DNA from: an uncultured Actinomycetes bacterium
GTDB lineage: Bacteria > Actinomycetota > UBA4738 > HRBIN12
DNA length: 64,000 bases
Assembly (NCBI GenBank): GCA_963728665.1
Contig: CAVSLG010000007.1
Location: 12,715 to 76,714, forward strand
Reading direction: 5' to 3'
The notes below the pieces were generated by a model that saw nothing but the letters and a program-made list of their open reading frames with translations, was not told where the DNA came from and did no database searches. The translations under genes and the position numbers were made by a program. Positions within the stretch are counted from its first letter, which is position 1. Every line of letters starts with the position of its first letter. Positions 49,830-59,917 of the stretch are shown piece by piece.

Positions 49830-50933
49830 ATGGATGTCAACGAACTGCTACGCCACACGGTGGAACGGGGTGCGAGCGACCTGCACCTGAAGGTCGGCAA
49901 CGTGCCGTTCGTGCGTGTCGACGGTCAGCTGATACCCGGCGAGTTCGACGTGCTCACCGCGACCGACACGGAGGTCGCGGCCGCGTCGCTGATGTCCGAT
50001 CACAAGAAGCGTGAGTTCGCCGAGACGAGCGAGGCGGACCTCGGATACACGCTGGCGGGTGTCGGTCGCTTCCGCGTGAACGTGTTCCGCCAGCGCGGTG
50101 TCGTCGGCCTGGCGATCAGGCGTGTGCGCAGCGAGGTTCCGACGTTCGAGGAACTGCGACTACCACGTGTCATGGCCAACCTGGCCGACGCGCCCCGCGG
50201 GCTCGTGCTCGTTACCGGCCCGACCGGCACCGGCAAGACCACGACGATCGCCTCGATGATCGGTCACATCAACCGGACCCGTCGTGCCCACATCGTCACG
50301 ATCGAGGACCCGATCGAGGTGATGCACGACGACATCCTCTCGATCGTGCAGCAGCGCGAGATCGGCATCGACACCGATTCCTACGCCAACGCCTTGCGCC
50401 ACGTGATCCGCCAGGACCCCGACGTGATCTTCGTGGGTGAGATCCGCGACGGCGACTCCGCGATGTCGGCGATCCAGGCGGCAGAGACGGGCCACCTCGT
50501 GATCTCGACACTGCACACGATCGACTGCATGGAGACGATCAACCGCATCCTCGACCTGTTCCCGCCGCATCAGCAGAAGGAGGTGCGCACGTCGTTCGCG
50601 GGGTCGCTGCGCGGCATCGTGTCGCAGCGGCTCGTCGCCAAAGCCGACGGCAAGGGGCGCGTGCCCGCCGTCGAGGTGCTGATCAACACCGGCCGGGTCT
50701 TCGATCGCATCGTGGATCCGGCGACCACCGACCAGATCGTCGACGTGATCGCCGAAGGCGACTTCTATGGCATGCAGACCTTCGATCAATCGCTCGTGCA
50801 GCTCACGAAGGAAGGTCTCGTGACCGAGGACGAGGCGCGGCGTGCTGCGTCGAACCCGCACGACTTCGACCTCATGATGCGTGGTGTGCTCGATCGGCTG
50901 TCGGTCGCCGACGGCGAGGGTCTGCCCTTCTAG
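49830..50933 (+). CDS. pilT: Type IV pilus retraction ATPase PilT family
   Basis: ORF 49731..50933 with ATG 49830 (MDVNELLRHTVERGASDLHL). Walker A GPTGTGKTTT. Segments IVTIEDPIE, RQDPDVIFVGEIRD and GHLVISTLHT. Confidence 0.9.
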   Translation: MDVNELLRHTVERGASDLHLKVGNVPFVRVDGQLIPGEFDVLTATDTEVAAASLMSDHKKREFAETSEADLGYTLAGVGRFRVNVFRQRGVVGLAIRRVRSEVPTFEELRLPRVMANLADAPRGLVLVTGPTGTGKTTTIASMIGHINRTRRAHIVTIEDPIEVMHDDILSIVQQREIGIDTDSYANALRHVIRQDPDVIFVGEIRDGDSAMSAIQAAETGHLVISTLHTIDCMETINRILDLFPPHQQKEVRTSFAGSLRGIVSQRLVAKADGKGRVPAVEVLINTGRVFDRIVDPATTDQIVDVIAEGDFYGMQTFDQSLVQLTKEGLVTEDEARRAASNPHDFDLMMRGVLDRLSVADGEGLPF

Positions 50934-50990
50934 CCGCCTTCCACCGGAAGGGGTGATGGCGACCGAGCGCGGTCGTGGCATGCTCCGGCG

Positions 50991-52727
50991 ATGGATCGAT
51001 CGACCGGGACCCCGATTCCCGGGCTGGGGGCGCTTCGCGGCTACCGCCGTGAGTGGCTCGGGAAGGACATCGTCGCCGGGCTCGTGCTCACGGCGTTGTT
51101 GGTGCCGCAGGGCATGGCGTACGCGGAGCTCGCCGGCCTGCCCGCGATCACCGGTCTCTACACATCGATCCTCTGCCTGACCGGATACGCGCTGTTCGGA
51201 CCGTCGCGCATCCTCGTACTCGGGCCGGATTCCTCGCTCGGTCCGATGATCGCCGCCACGATCGCCCCTCTGCTGGTGGCCAACGGCGACCCGGCGCGCG
51301 CGGTGGCGCTCGCATCGATGCTCGCGCTGATCGTGGGAGCCGTGATGATCGTGGCCGGCGTGGCGAAGCTCGGCTTCGTGGCGGACCTGCTCTCCAAGCC
51401 CACCCAGATCGGCTACATGAACGGGCTCGCCCTCACGATCCTCGTGGGGCAGCTTCCGAAGCTCTTCGGCTTCTCGGTCGACGCGGACGGCTTGATCGAC
51501 GAGACGCGCGGCTTCGTCCAAGGGGTCGCCGACGGCGAGACCGTGAGCGCCGCCCTCGCGATCGGGGTCGTGAGCCTCCTGATCATCATCGTGCTGCAGC
51601 GGCGCCTACCGAAGGTGCCGGCGGTGCTGGTCGCCGTCGTGCTCGCGATCGTGGCCGTCGATCTCTTCGATCTGGTCGATCGTGGGGTCTCGGTCGTGGG
51701 ACCGCTGCCCGGTGGCGTCCCGCCGTTCACGATCCCCGACATCTCGTTCTCCGATGTCCCGCTCTTGATCGGCGGCGCCCTCGGCATCGCGCTCGTCGCC
51801 TTGGCCGACACGATCTCGACGGCCTCGGCGTTCGCGGCCCGGCAGGGGCAGCACGTGCACGGCAACCAGGAGATGATCGGGATCGGTGTCTCCAACGTGG
51901 CCGCTGGGTTCTTCCAGGGGTTCCCGGTGAGCACGAGCGGCTCGCGGACCGCGGTGGCCGAGCAGGCCGGTGCCAAGACCCAGATCACAGGTGTCGTGGG
52001 GGCACTCGCGATCCTGCTGTTGCTGGTGGTCGCGCCCGACTTGCTCCGCAACCTGCCACAGCCGGCGCTCGCGGCCGTCGTGATCGCGGCATCGATCTCG
52101 CTCGCCGACATCCCGGCCACCGTGCGCCTGTGGAAGCAGCGACGCACCGAGTTCTTCCTGTCGATCGCCGCCTTCCTCGGTGTGGCGCTGCTCGGCGTGC
52201 TGCCGGGGATCCTCGTCGCCGTTGCCCTCTCGATCTTCAACGTGTTCCGGCGATCGTGGTGGCCATATCAGACTCGACTCGGCAAGGTCGAGGGCCTGCC
52301 CGGGTTCCACGACGTGACCCAGTACCCCGACGGAGCCCAACTCCCGGGGCTCCTCATCTACCGGTTCGACGCCCCACTCTTCTTCGCGAACAGCCGAACG
52401 TTCCGGGAGGAGATCACCGAGCTCGTTGGCACCACCCCCGACCTGCGATGGATCGTGTTGGCGTCGGAGCCCATCACCGACGTCGACACGACGGCGGCCG
52501 ACATGTTGGAGGACCTGGACGAGTGGTTGAATGCCCGCGGCATCTCTCTCGTGTTCGCAGAGATGAAGAACCCCGTCCGCATGAAGATCGAGCGGTACGA
52601 GCTCACGCGCACGATCGATCCTCACCACTTCTTCCCGACGGTGGATGCCGCGGTCGAGGCGTACCAGGCGGAGTTCGATGAGCGATGGCAGTCCGGAGGA
52701 GAGGATCCACATGACGACGACCGATGA
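50991..52727 (+). CDS. SulP family anion transporter with C-terminal STAS domain
   Basis: ORF 50991..52727. Segments VAGLVLTALLVPQGMAYAELAGLP and the STAS tail LLIYRFDAPLFFANSRTF. Confidence 0.9.
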   Translation: MDRSTGTPIPGLGALRGYRREWLGKDIVAGLVLTALLVPQGMAYAELAGLPAITGLYTSILCLTGYALFGPSRILVLGPDSSLGPMIAATIAPLLVANGDPARAVALASMLALIVGAVMIVAGVAKLGFVADLLSKPTQIGYMNGLALTILVGQLPKLFGFSVDADGLIDETRGFVQGVADGETVSAALAIGVVSLLIIIVLQRRLPKVPAVLVAVVLAIVAVDLFDLVDRGVSVVGPLPGGVPPFTIPDISFSDVPLLIGGALGIALVALADTISTASAFAARQGQHVHGNQEMIGIGVSNVAAGFFQGFPVSTSGSRTAVAEQAGAKTQITGVVGALAILLLLVVAPDLLRNLPQPALAAVVIAASISLADIPATVRLWKQRRTEFFLSIAAFLGVALLGVLPGILVAVALSIFNVFRRSWWPYQTRLGKVEGLPGFHDVTQYPDGAQLPGLLIYRFDAPLFFANSRTFREEITELVGTTPDLRWIVLASEPITDVDTTAADMLEDLDEWLNARGISLVFAEMKNPVRMKIERYELTRTIDPHHFFPTVDAAVEAYQAEFDERWQSGGEDPHDDDR

Positions 52728-54081
52728 CCGGGTGGCCAGGCCGACGACGCTCGAACGTCTCGCGGCGGTGACGGCCATCGTCGCCCTCGTCGTTGCGATC
52801 GTGATCCTGGTGCTGGTCGCCCTCGAGAACCTCGGGAACATCCTCGTCGCGAGCGTGGGGCTCGCGATCGCGGTGGTGGGGGGGTGGTACCTGCTCTCGC
52901 ACCGGGGGATCGTGCGTCTGGTGGCGCTCGTGCTGGTCGTGGCGGGGCTCGGGCTCGTGATCGCGGTGATCTTCGGGAACGACGAGATCAAGCTGTGGCC
53001 GTGGGTGGCCGTAGCTGCATCGGCCGCGTTCTCGGTCGGGGCCGCCGGCTACGCCCTGCGGAGCTCGAGGAGCGACGCGAACGTGGGAGAGGAGCCGGCG
53101 GTGCCGAAGCCCCGGCATCCGGTGCTGCTGATGAATCCCAAGTCGGGCGGTGGCAAGGCCGAGAAGTTCGAGTTGGAGCGGGAGTGTCGCGAGCGAGACA
53201 TCGAGCCGATCGTGCTGCGACCGGGTGACGACCTGCTCGAGCTGGCAGAGGACGCCGTCGCGCGCGGCGCCGACGTGATCGGCATGGCGGGGGGCGACGG
53301 ATCGCAGGCGCTCGTCGGGACCGTGGCGAGCGCCCACGGTCTCCCGCACGTGGTGGTCCCTGCCGGCACCCGTAATCACTTCGCGCTCGACCTGGGGCTC
53401 GACCGCGACGACGTCGTGGGTGCGCTCGACGCCTACTTCGACGGCGTCGAGCGCTCGATCGACCTCGCGGAGGTGAACGGGCGGGTCTTCGTGAACAACG
53501 CATCGCTCGGCCTGTACGCGAAGATCGTGCAGTCGCCCGAGTACCGCGACGCGAAGGTGCAGACCACGGCCGAGATGCTGCCCGAACTCGTGGGTCCCGA
53601 TGCGAAGCCGCTCGACCTTCGGTTCACCGGGCCGGACGGGGAAGAGGTGCCGACGGCGGCGGTGATCCAGGTCTCGAACGATCCCTACGAGCTGCGCCAC
53701 GCGAAGGGTCGCGGCACCCGGGAACGCATCGACCGGGGGGTGTTGGGCGTGGTCGCGGTGAACCTCTCGAGCGCCTCCGACGTGCAGCGGTTCCTGTCGC
53801 TGCAGGCGATCGGACGGCTCGACCGGTTCGAGGGGTGGCGCGAGTGGTCCACCGAGCGCTTCGAGGTGCGATCGGACGGCCCGATCGAGATCGGCGTCGA
53901 CGGCGAGGCGCTCACGATGGAGCCGCCGCTCGTGTTCACCACGAAGCCGGGTGTCTTGCGTGTGCGCCTGCCCAGGCACGCATCGGGGATGTCACCGGCA
54001 GCGTCGGCGGTGCGCGTCACGGAGAGGTCGACGATCCACGCGTTGCTCCGCATCGCGGCGGGTCACTCGGTGGCAGCGTGA
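52711..54081 (+). CDS. Diacylglycerol/lipid kinase family protein with N-terminal TM helices
   Basis: ORF 52645..54081 with ATG 52711, preceded by GGAGAGGA. Segments LLMNPKSGGGKA, GGDGSQALV and PAGTRNHFALDLGL. Confidence 0.85.
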   Translation: MTTTDDRVARPTTLERLAAVTAIVALVVAIVILVLVALENLGNILVASVGLAIAVVGGWYLLSHRGIVRLVALVLVVAGLGLVIAVIFGNDEIKLWPWVAVAASAAFSVGAAGYALRSSRSDANVGEEPAVPKPRHPVLLMNPKSGGGKAEKFELERECRERDIEPIVLRPGDDLLELAEDAVARGADVIGMAGGDGSQALVGTVASAHGLPHVVVPAGTRNHFALDLGLDRDDVVGALDAYFDGVERSIDLAEVNGRVFVNNASLGLYAKIVQSPEYRDAKVQTTAEMLPELVGPDAKPLDLRFTGPDGEEVPTAAVIQVSNDPYELRHAKGRGTRERIDRGVLGVVAVNLSSASDVQRFLSLQAIGRLDRFEGWREWSTERFEVRSDGPIEIGVDGEALTMEPPLVFTTKPGVLRVRLPRHASGMSPAASAVRVTERSTIHALLRIAAGHSVAA

Positions 54082-54737
54082 GCGGCAGCCGAGAACCCGA
54101 GGCCTTCGAACCGCCGTCGGAGCGGCTCGCCGAACGTCTGGAAGCTCGGCCGAGCGCGACGATCGATCGCCGGCTCGTGCGGATGCTGCGCGAGGCGGCG
54201 GCCGTCGACAAGGCCGTGTACCGGGCGGTCGCCGCCACCCCGACCCCCACGATCGACGGACCGCTCCGGAGGCTGACGAGCGCCGCGGACCACTCCAAGC
54301 TCTGGATCGGTACCGCGGCAGTGTTGTTCGCAGTGGGAGGACGGAAGGGTCGTCGTGCGGCCATGACCGGTGTCGCCGCGATCGCAGCAACGTCGGCGAT
54401 CGTGAACCTGCCGATGAAGCTTGCCGGCGCTCGCCGCCGACCCGACGCCGATGCGGCGGGCGTGCCCGAGTCACGTCGGGTCGAGATGCCGACGTCGGCC
54501 TCGTTCCCCTCGGGCCACTCGGCGTCAGCAGCCGCGTTCACCGCCGGCGTATCGTCGATCGTGCCGGCCCTCGGCGCTCCGCTTGGCTGCGCAGCGGCCG
54601 TGGTCGGGTACTCACGAGTCCACTCCGGCGTGCACTACCCGGGTGACGTGATCGCCGGGGTCGTCGTGGGCGCCTCGGTCGGAGAGGCGGTCTCGTGGAT
54701 CGGCGAACGGATCGCGGCGCGACGGTCGGCTCGTTGA
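54078..54737 (+). CDS. PAP2 family phosphatase
   Basis: Distal part of ORF 53835..54737. GTG 54078 overlaps the kinase stop (GTGA). Motifs PSGHSASAAAF and SRVHSGVHYPGDV. Confidence 0.85.
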   Translation: MSGSREPEAFEPPSERLAERLEARPSATIDRRLVRMLREAAAVDKAVYRAVAATPTPTIDGPLRRLTSAADHSKLWIGTAAVLFAVGGRKGRRAAMTGVAAIAATSAIVNLPMKLAGARRRPDADAAGVPESRRVEMPTSASFPSGHSASAAAFTAGVSSIVPALGAPLGCAAAVVGYSRVHSGVHYPGDVIAGVVVGASVGEAVSWIGERIAARRSAR

Positions 54738-54744
54738 CGCGCGG

Positions 54745-55137
54745 CTAGGTCTGAAAGTGCGTGTCCGGCCGTTCTGGTGCGCGTTCCCCGGCCGCGATCT
54801 GCGCCCGGATCTCCATGGGATGCAGGCGGTAGCCGAAGGGGATCGCCAACAGGAAGTAGACGGGGATGAACAGCGGTCCCCAGGCGCAGAACTGTCGGAT
54901 GTGCCATTGCTCGTGGGCGAGGAGCCTGCCGTCAACGGGCTGCGCCGAGAGGATCACGAACCCGACCGTCATCGCCGTGCGATGGAGATGGGGCATGAGC
55001 CACGTGAGGCCCCGTGGCGCCTTGTCGAAGATCAGCGCTCCGTCGCGCACGGTCGGTAGCTGGAACGTGAGCAGCCCGAGCACGAGGCCGATCAGCGTGT
55101 TCGGCGAGGTCCAGATGAATCCGAGCCAGGTGGGCAT
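54745..55137 (-). CDS. Small membrane protein with HExxH motif
   Basis: Distal 130 codons of ORF 54745..55692. ATG 55137 (MPTWLGFIWTSPNTLIGLVLGLL). LAHEQWHIRQ lies between hydrophobic helices. Confidence 0.5.
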   Translation of the reverse strand: MPTWLGFIWTSPNTLIGLVLGLLTFQLPTVRDGALIFDKAPRGLTWLMPHLHRTAMTVGFVILSAQPVDGRLLAHEQWHIRQFCAWGPLFIPVYFLLAIPFGYRLHPMEIRAQIAAGERAPERPDTHFQT

Positions 55138-55248
55138 CGCCCGGCCACGGTAGCGCGGGGAGGGGAGGCACGTGGTTGCCGCAACCGACCCGGCACGCGC
55201 ATGGTCCAACCCCGATCGGCACGATGCCCCGGGGTAAGCTCGGGCCGA

Positions 55249-56634
55249 ATGGTCGACCGAACCCCTTCCGGCGCCGTGCTCGACGTGCCCTCGATCGCCA
55301 AGGAGCTCGGCGTGCGGTTCGTCGACGCGGGGCACGAGCTCTTCCTCGTGGGAGGAAGCGTGCGCGACCTGGTGCTCGGGCGTCCCTCCCCCGATCTCGA
55401 CTTCACGACCAGCGCGCATCCCGACGAGACGACGCGCATCCTCCGGGGCTGGGCCGAGCGCCGGTACCTCGTCGGCGTGAGGTTCGGCACGGTCGGTGCC
55501 CTGAAGGACGGCGAGCGCCTCGAGATCACGACGTTCCGTCAGGAGGTCTACGCCCCCGAGCATCGCAAGCCCACCGTGACGTTCGGCGACGACGTCGAGA
55601 CCGATCTCTCGCGTCGCGACTTCACGATCAACGCGATGGCCGTGCGTCTTCCCGACGGGGGCCTGGTCGATCCGCACGGCGGCGTGCGCCATCTCGCGGC
55701 CAAGGTGCTCGATACGCCGCTCGAGCCCGAGCTCTCGTTCGGCGACGACCCGCTCCGCATGCTCCGCGCCGCCCGGTTCGTCTCCCAGCTCGACGTGGAG
55801 CCCGCGCCGCGGCTCGTGGCCGCGATCGCCGAGATGCGCGACCGCATGGAGATCGTCTCGGCCGAGCGCATCGGCGAGGAGCTCGCGAAGCTCCTGACGG
55901 GCGCGTACCCCTCGAAGGGCCTCTCCCTACTGGTGTCCACCCAGCTCGCCGACACGTTCCTGCCCGAGCTCGCCGCCCTCGAGCTCGAACAGGACCCGGT
56001 GCACCAACACAAGGACGTGCTACGCCACACGTACGCGGTCGTCGAGAACTGCGAGGCCGACGAGGTGCTGCGGCTCGCGGCGCTGCTGCACGACATCGGC
56101 AAGCCCGCTACCCGCCAGATCACGCCCGAGGGGGTGCAGTTCCATCACCACGAGGTCGTGGGTGCGCGTATGGCCGACACGCGCCTGCGCGAGCTTCGCT
56201 ACCCGAACCACGTTGTCGACGACGTGCGAAAGCTCGTCGAGATGCACCTGCGCTTCCATGGGTACGGGGAAGGGTGGAGCGACGCCGCAGTGCGACGCTA
56301 CGTGCGCGACGCGGGCCCGCTGCTCGACAAGTTGAACCAGCTCACGCGCGCCGACGTGACCACACGCAACGAACGCCGGGCTGCCAAGTTCCAGGCCCTG
56401 CAGGACGACCTCGAGGAGCGCATCGCGCGCCTCGCCGAGCAGGAGAACCTCGACGCGCTGCGCCCGCCCCTCGACGGGAGGCGGGTGATGGATCGTCTCG
56501 GCGTCGAGCCGGGCCCGGTCGTGGGCCAGGCGCTCGAGTTCCTGATGGAGCTGCGTCTCGAGCGGGGTCCGATCCCAGAGCATGAGGCCGAGGAGTTGCT
56601 CGACGCGTGGGCGAGGGAGCGCGGGCTGCGCTGA
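55249..56634 (+). CDS. cca: CCA tRNA nucleotidyltransferase with HD domain
   Basis: ORF 55201..56634. Segments LVGGSVRDLVLGRPSPDLDFTT, RRDFTINAMA and LLHDIGKP. Start ATG 55249 (alternative 55201). Confidence 0.9.
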   Translation: MVDRTPSGAVLDVPSIAKELGVRFVDAGHELFLVGGSVRDLVLGRPSPDLDFTTSAHPDETTRILRGWAERRYLVGVRFGTVGALKDGERLEITTFRQEVYAPEHRKPTVTFGDDVETDLSRRDFTINAMAVRLPDGGLVDPHGGVRHLAAKVLDTPLEPELSFGDDPLRMLRAARFVSQLDVEPAPRLVAAIAEMRDRMEIVSAERIGEELAKLLTGAYPSKGLSLLVSTQLADTFLPELAALELEQDPVHQHKDVLRHTYAVVENCEADEVLRLAALLHDIGKPATRQITPEGVQFHHHEVVGARMADTRLRELRYPNHVVDDVRKLVEMHLRFHGYGEGWSDAAVRRYVRDAGPLLDKLNQLTRADVTTRNERRAAKFQALQDDLEERIARLAEQENLDALRPPLDGRRVMDRLGVEPGPVVGQALEFLMELRLERGPIPEHEAEELLDAWARERGLR

Positions 56635-56646
56635 GGGTCTCGCCGG

Positions 56647-57285
56647 TCACTCGTGACCGTGCGGCTCGGCTTCGCGTCCGACCACGAACCAGACCGCCTC
56701 GACGGGCACGTCCCCCGAGTTGAAGAGCCGGTGCGGGGTGGTCGAGTCGAAGCCGATCGAGTCGCCAGGGTGCAGCCGATGCTCGGAGAAGCCGATCTGG
56801 ACGCTCAACGTGCCGCTGATGACGTAGCCGTACTCCCGGCCGTGGTGGCGCATCAGCGACCGGTCGGGGGTCGACGCACCCCCCACTTCGTAGATCGCGA
56901 TCAGGAAGTCGACGCCCTCCTGTTGATCGGGCGCCAGCTCTTCCCAGCGCACGCCCGAGTCCAGATCGATCGACGGCCGTTCCCCGGGGTGCACGACCGG
57001 TGAGCGGTCGTCGAGGTCGACCTCGCCGTGGTCGCCGGGCTCCGGGAAGTCTCCGCCCCTGATCACTCGGTCGAGCGAGACGCCGAGCTCCGTGACGATC
57101 GAGTACAGCGTGCCGACCGACGGCCGGGACTGCCCGCTCTCCAGTTGCGAGATGAGGCTGGCGGAGAGGCCGACGCGGCGCGCCAGCTCGCGCTGGCTGA
57201 GGCCCGCCCGGACGCGTTCTTCGCGCAGGCGTTGGCCGATCGCGTCGAGCGCCTCGGGTTCACCGTGAGCGGCGGTCTCGCGCAT
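56647..57285 (-). CDS. XRE family transcriptional regulator with C-terminal cupin domain
   Basis: ORF 56647..57300. HTH LSQRELARRVGLSASLISQLESGQSRPSVGTL. Cupin GDSIGFDSTTPHRLFN. ATG 57285 shares a base with the SDR stop. Confidence 0.85.
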   Translation of the reverse strand: MRETAAHGEPEALDAIGQRLREERVRAGLSQRELARRVGLSASLISQLESGQSRPSVGTLYSIVTELGVSLDRVIRGGDFPEPGDHGEVDLDDRSPVVHPGERPSIDLDSGVRWEELAPDQQEGVDFLIAIYEVGGASTPDRSLMRHHGREYGYVISGTLSVQIGFSEHRLHPGDSIGFDSTTPHRLFNSGDVPVEAVWFVVGREAEPHGHE

Positions 57286-57965
57286 CACATCAGCATCCAA
57301 CCGCCGTCGACGTAGAGGTTCACCCCGTTCATCGCCCGGTTCTCGAGCAGGAACACGGTGGCGTCGACCACCTCGGCCATCGTCGCGAGGCGCCCCGTGG
57401 GCGTGCGGGCCACGACCGCGTCCAGCGGCTTCCCTTCCCAGAACGGGCTGTCCCCGACGATGCCGGGATGGATCGCGTTGAACCTGATCGGAGCGAGCTC
57501 GATCGCGAGCGTGCGGATCACGCTGCTGATGCCGCCGTTGACGGTCGTCACCGTGGTCGAGCCTGGGTAGGGGCGATCCTTCGCTCGGCCTCCGAACAGC
57601 ACGACCGAGGAGTCGTCGGCGAGCCGATCGAGCACCACGTGAACCGTCGCCGTGTAGCCGACGAGCTTCATCGTCGTGAGGTCGATCGCTTGCGCGATGT
57701 CATAGTCTCGTACCGGGTTGTTGTCGCGGGCGATCGCCGCCAGCACCAGCCTCGAGATCGGGCCGACGTCGGCCAGCGCCGGGCCGATCGTCTCCGGCCG
57801 GCTGAGGTCGAAGCCGAGGCCGGTGACGCGCTCGCCGATCTCGGCCGCCACGGCGCTCGCACGGTCGGCGTCGCGTCCGGTGACGATCACCCGGTCACCT
57901 CGCTCCGCGTAGCGGGCGGCCACCTCGCGGCCGAGGCCATCCGTGCCACCCACGATCAACACCAA
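57285..57965 (-). CDS. SDR family oxidoreductase
   Basis: ORF 57285..57965 (TTG start). Segments VGGTDGLGREVA and an IHPGIV-type C-terminal region. Confidence 0.85.
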   Translation of the reverse strand: MVLIVGGTDGLGREVAARYAERGDRVIVTGRDADRASAVAAEIGERVTGLGFDLSRPETIGPALADVGPISRLVLAAIARDNNPVRDYDIAQAIDLTTMKLVGYTATVHVVLDRLADDSSVVLFGGRAKDRPYPGSTTVTTVNGGISSVIRTLAIELAPIRFNAIHPGIVGDSPFWEGKPLDAVVARTPTGRLATMAEVVDATVFLLENRAMNGVNLYVDGGWMLM

Positions 57966-58102
57966 CCCGTCGGGAATCTCGATCGGCCTCCTCGGTCGAC
58001 GTCAGGCCGACTTTACTAGATGCCGCTGAGGTGTGCAGCGAGGCTGAACTGGTGCCGGACTGCCTAGCGCGGACCCCGCGATGTGTGTAGTGTCGCTGAA
58101 CG

Positions 58103-58990
58103 GTGGGGGCGAACGGCGGAACAGTCGCAATGATCGGCACCGGGCGCATGGGCGCCGCGATGGTCACGACCATCAGCCGGGCCGGCTTCGACACGCTGGT
58201 GTGGAACCGTGACCGGTCGAAGGCCGAGCGCGTCGCCGGCGCCCTCGGGGTGCCGGTCGCGTCCTCCGCCGCGGAGGCGGCGAAGGCAGACGTGGTCCTC
58301 ACGAGCCTCGCGGACGACGCGGCCCTGGAGCGCGTCTACCTCGGGCCGGAAGGCATCGTCGAGGGGATCGGAGCCGGATCCGTCGCCGTCGACACGAGCA
58401 CCGTGGATCCCCGCTCGATCGAACGTGTGGGCGCGGCCGTCGACGCGACCGGTGCCGGGTTCCTCGACGGACCCGTCTCCGGAAGCGTGAGCACCGTCGA
58501 GGCCGGTGCGCTCACGATCATGGTCGGAGGGGACACCCAGCTGCTCGAGCGGGTCCGTCCGGTGCTCGACGCACTCGCCTCTCGGGTGATCCACGTGGGG
58601 GGCAGGGGCGCGGGCGCGGCTACGAAGCTCGCGGTGAACGACCTGGTGCACGGCCTGAACGTCGCCCTGTCCGAGGCGCTCGTGCTCGCGGAACGCGCCG
58701 GCGTCGACCGCGAGACCGCGTACGAGGTCTTCGCGAGCGGCGCCGCCGGCGCCCCGTTCGTGCAGTACAAGCGGGAGGCCTACGAGCATCCCGGCACGAC
58801 CCCCGTCGCGTTCAGCCTCGATCTCGTCGCGAAGGACCTGGAGCTCATCACCGAGCTGGGCGAACGCGTCGGCGCGCCGATGCGCCAGGCGCAGACCTCG
58901 CTCGAGGTCGTGCGCAGCGCGATCGCCGCCGGCTACGGCGAGCGCGATCTCAGCCAGATCGCGGTCTTCCTGCGGGGGGGCGAGCGCTGA
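58103..58990 (+). CDS. NAD(P)-dependent beta-hydroxyacid dehydrogenase (3-hydroxyisobutyrate/6-phosphogluconate dehydrogenase family)
   Basis: ORF 58103..58990. Segments VAMIGTGRMGAAM, VDTSTVDP, DGPVSGS and GAGAATKLAVN. Confidence 0.85.
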   Translation: MGANGGTVAMIGTGRMGAAMVTTISRAGFDTLVWNRDRSKAERVAGALGVPVASSAAEAAKADVVLTSLADDAALERVYLGPEGIVEGIGAGSVAVDTSTVDPRSIERVGAAVDATGAGFLDGPVSGSVSTVEAGALTIMVGGDTQLLERVRPVLDALASRVIHVGGRGAGAATKLAVNDLVHGLNVALSEALVLAERAGVDRETAYEVFASGAAGAPFVQYKREAYEHPGTTPVAFSLDLVAKDLELITELGERVGAPMRQAQTSLEVVRSAIAAGYGERDLSQIAVFLRGGER

Positions 58991-59904
58991 TGTCCGCGCA
59001 CATCGTGAGGATCAAGGATCGGCTCTCCTTCGTCACCCCTGCGGAGTTCGAGAAACGGAGCGAGGGTTACGCCGGCGCCCCGATCGTCGACGAGCCGAGC
59101 GGCGGCGTGCAGATGGGGTTCCGCCTCGCGCGACTCGAGGCGGGAGGCCGCGTCGCCGCGCATGTCCACTCGTTCGAGGAGTCGATCTACATGACCGACG
59201 GCTCGCTCACGGTCGACACGGCTGAGGGGAGCGTCGAGCTCGTCGCCGGCGACTACGCGCTGCTCCCGCTCGGCGTCACGCACGCGTTCCGCAACACGTC
59301 CGACACGGTGGCGGCCTTCGCCGAGATGAAGGCGCCGCTCCCGCGCGAGCGGTTCGGCTTCGACACACGATTCCCACCGCAACAGCTCGAGACCGGCCCG
59401 GCCCGCACGATCGACGTGCGCGACCCGCGCACCCGCTCGTTCGGCCACATCGACGCCGAGTCGATGGATCCGGCGATGCAGACCCAGGATCGGCTCGCCG
59501 TCAGTGCCAGCATGCGGACCGCCCTGCTCGTATACAGCGGCATCACCGTGAAGATGATGGTGGACTCCGACATGGGCGCAGACCTCTCGACGATGTTCAT
59601 GGTGCAGTACGAGCCGAACGGATTCGCAGGTCCCCACGACCATCCGCTCGAGGAGGCCTACCTGATCCTCGACGGCGAAGTCGACGGCGTCTTCGACGGC
59701 GAGACGTATCGCCTCGGCCCCGGCGACGTTGCGTGGGCGGGGGTCGGGTGCGTGCACGAGTTCCGCAACGCCGGAGAAGGCCGCGTCCGGTGGCTCGAGA
59801 CCCAGGCACCGCAGCCTCCGGGCCGCCACTCCTACCGATTCGCACGCGACTGGTCCTACCTTGAGCAGGCACTGGCCGACGAGGCTGCCGCCCGCACGCC
59901 GTGA
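58990..59904 (+). CDS. Bicupin protein
   Basis: ORF 58990..59904. Two cupin modules (AAHVHSFEESIYMTDG...VTHAFRN and GPHDHPLEEAYLILDG...CVHEFRN). The ATG shares a base with the upstream stop. Confidence 0.7.
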   Translation: MSAHIVRIKDRLSFVTPAEFEKRSEGYAGAPIVDEPSGGVQMGFRLARLEAGGRVAAHVHSFEESIYMTDGSLTVDTAEGSVELVAGDYALLPLGVTHAFRNTSDTVAAFAEMKAPLPRERFGFDTRFPPQQLETGPARTIDVRDPRTRSFGHIDAESMDPAMQTQDRLAVSASMRTALLVYSGITVKMMVDSDMGADLSTMFMVQYEPNGFAGPHDHPLEEAYLILDGEVDGVFDGETYRLGPGDVAWAGVGCVHEFRNAGEGRVRWLETQAPQPPGRHSYRFARDWSYLEQALADEAAARTP

Positions 59905-59917
59905 GGAGGAGCACGTG

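Noticed and set aside
50160-53979. Minus-strand ORFs 50160..51521, 51606..52991 and 52603..53979
   Set aside because: They lie antisense to the pilT, SulP and lipid kinase genes, all of which have strong motif support.
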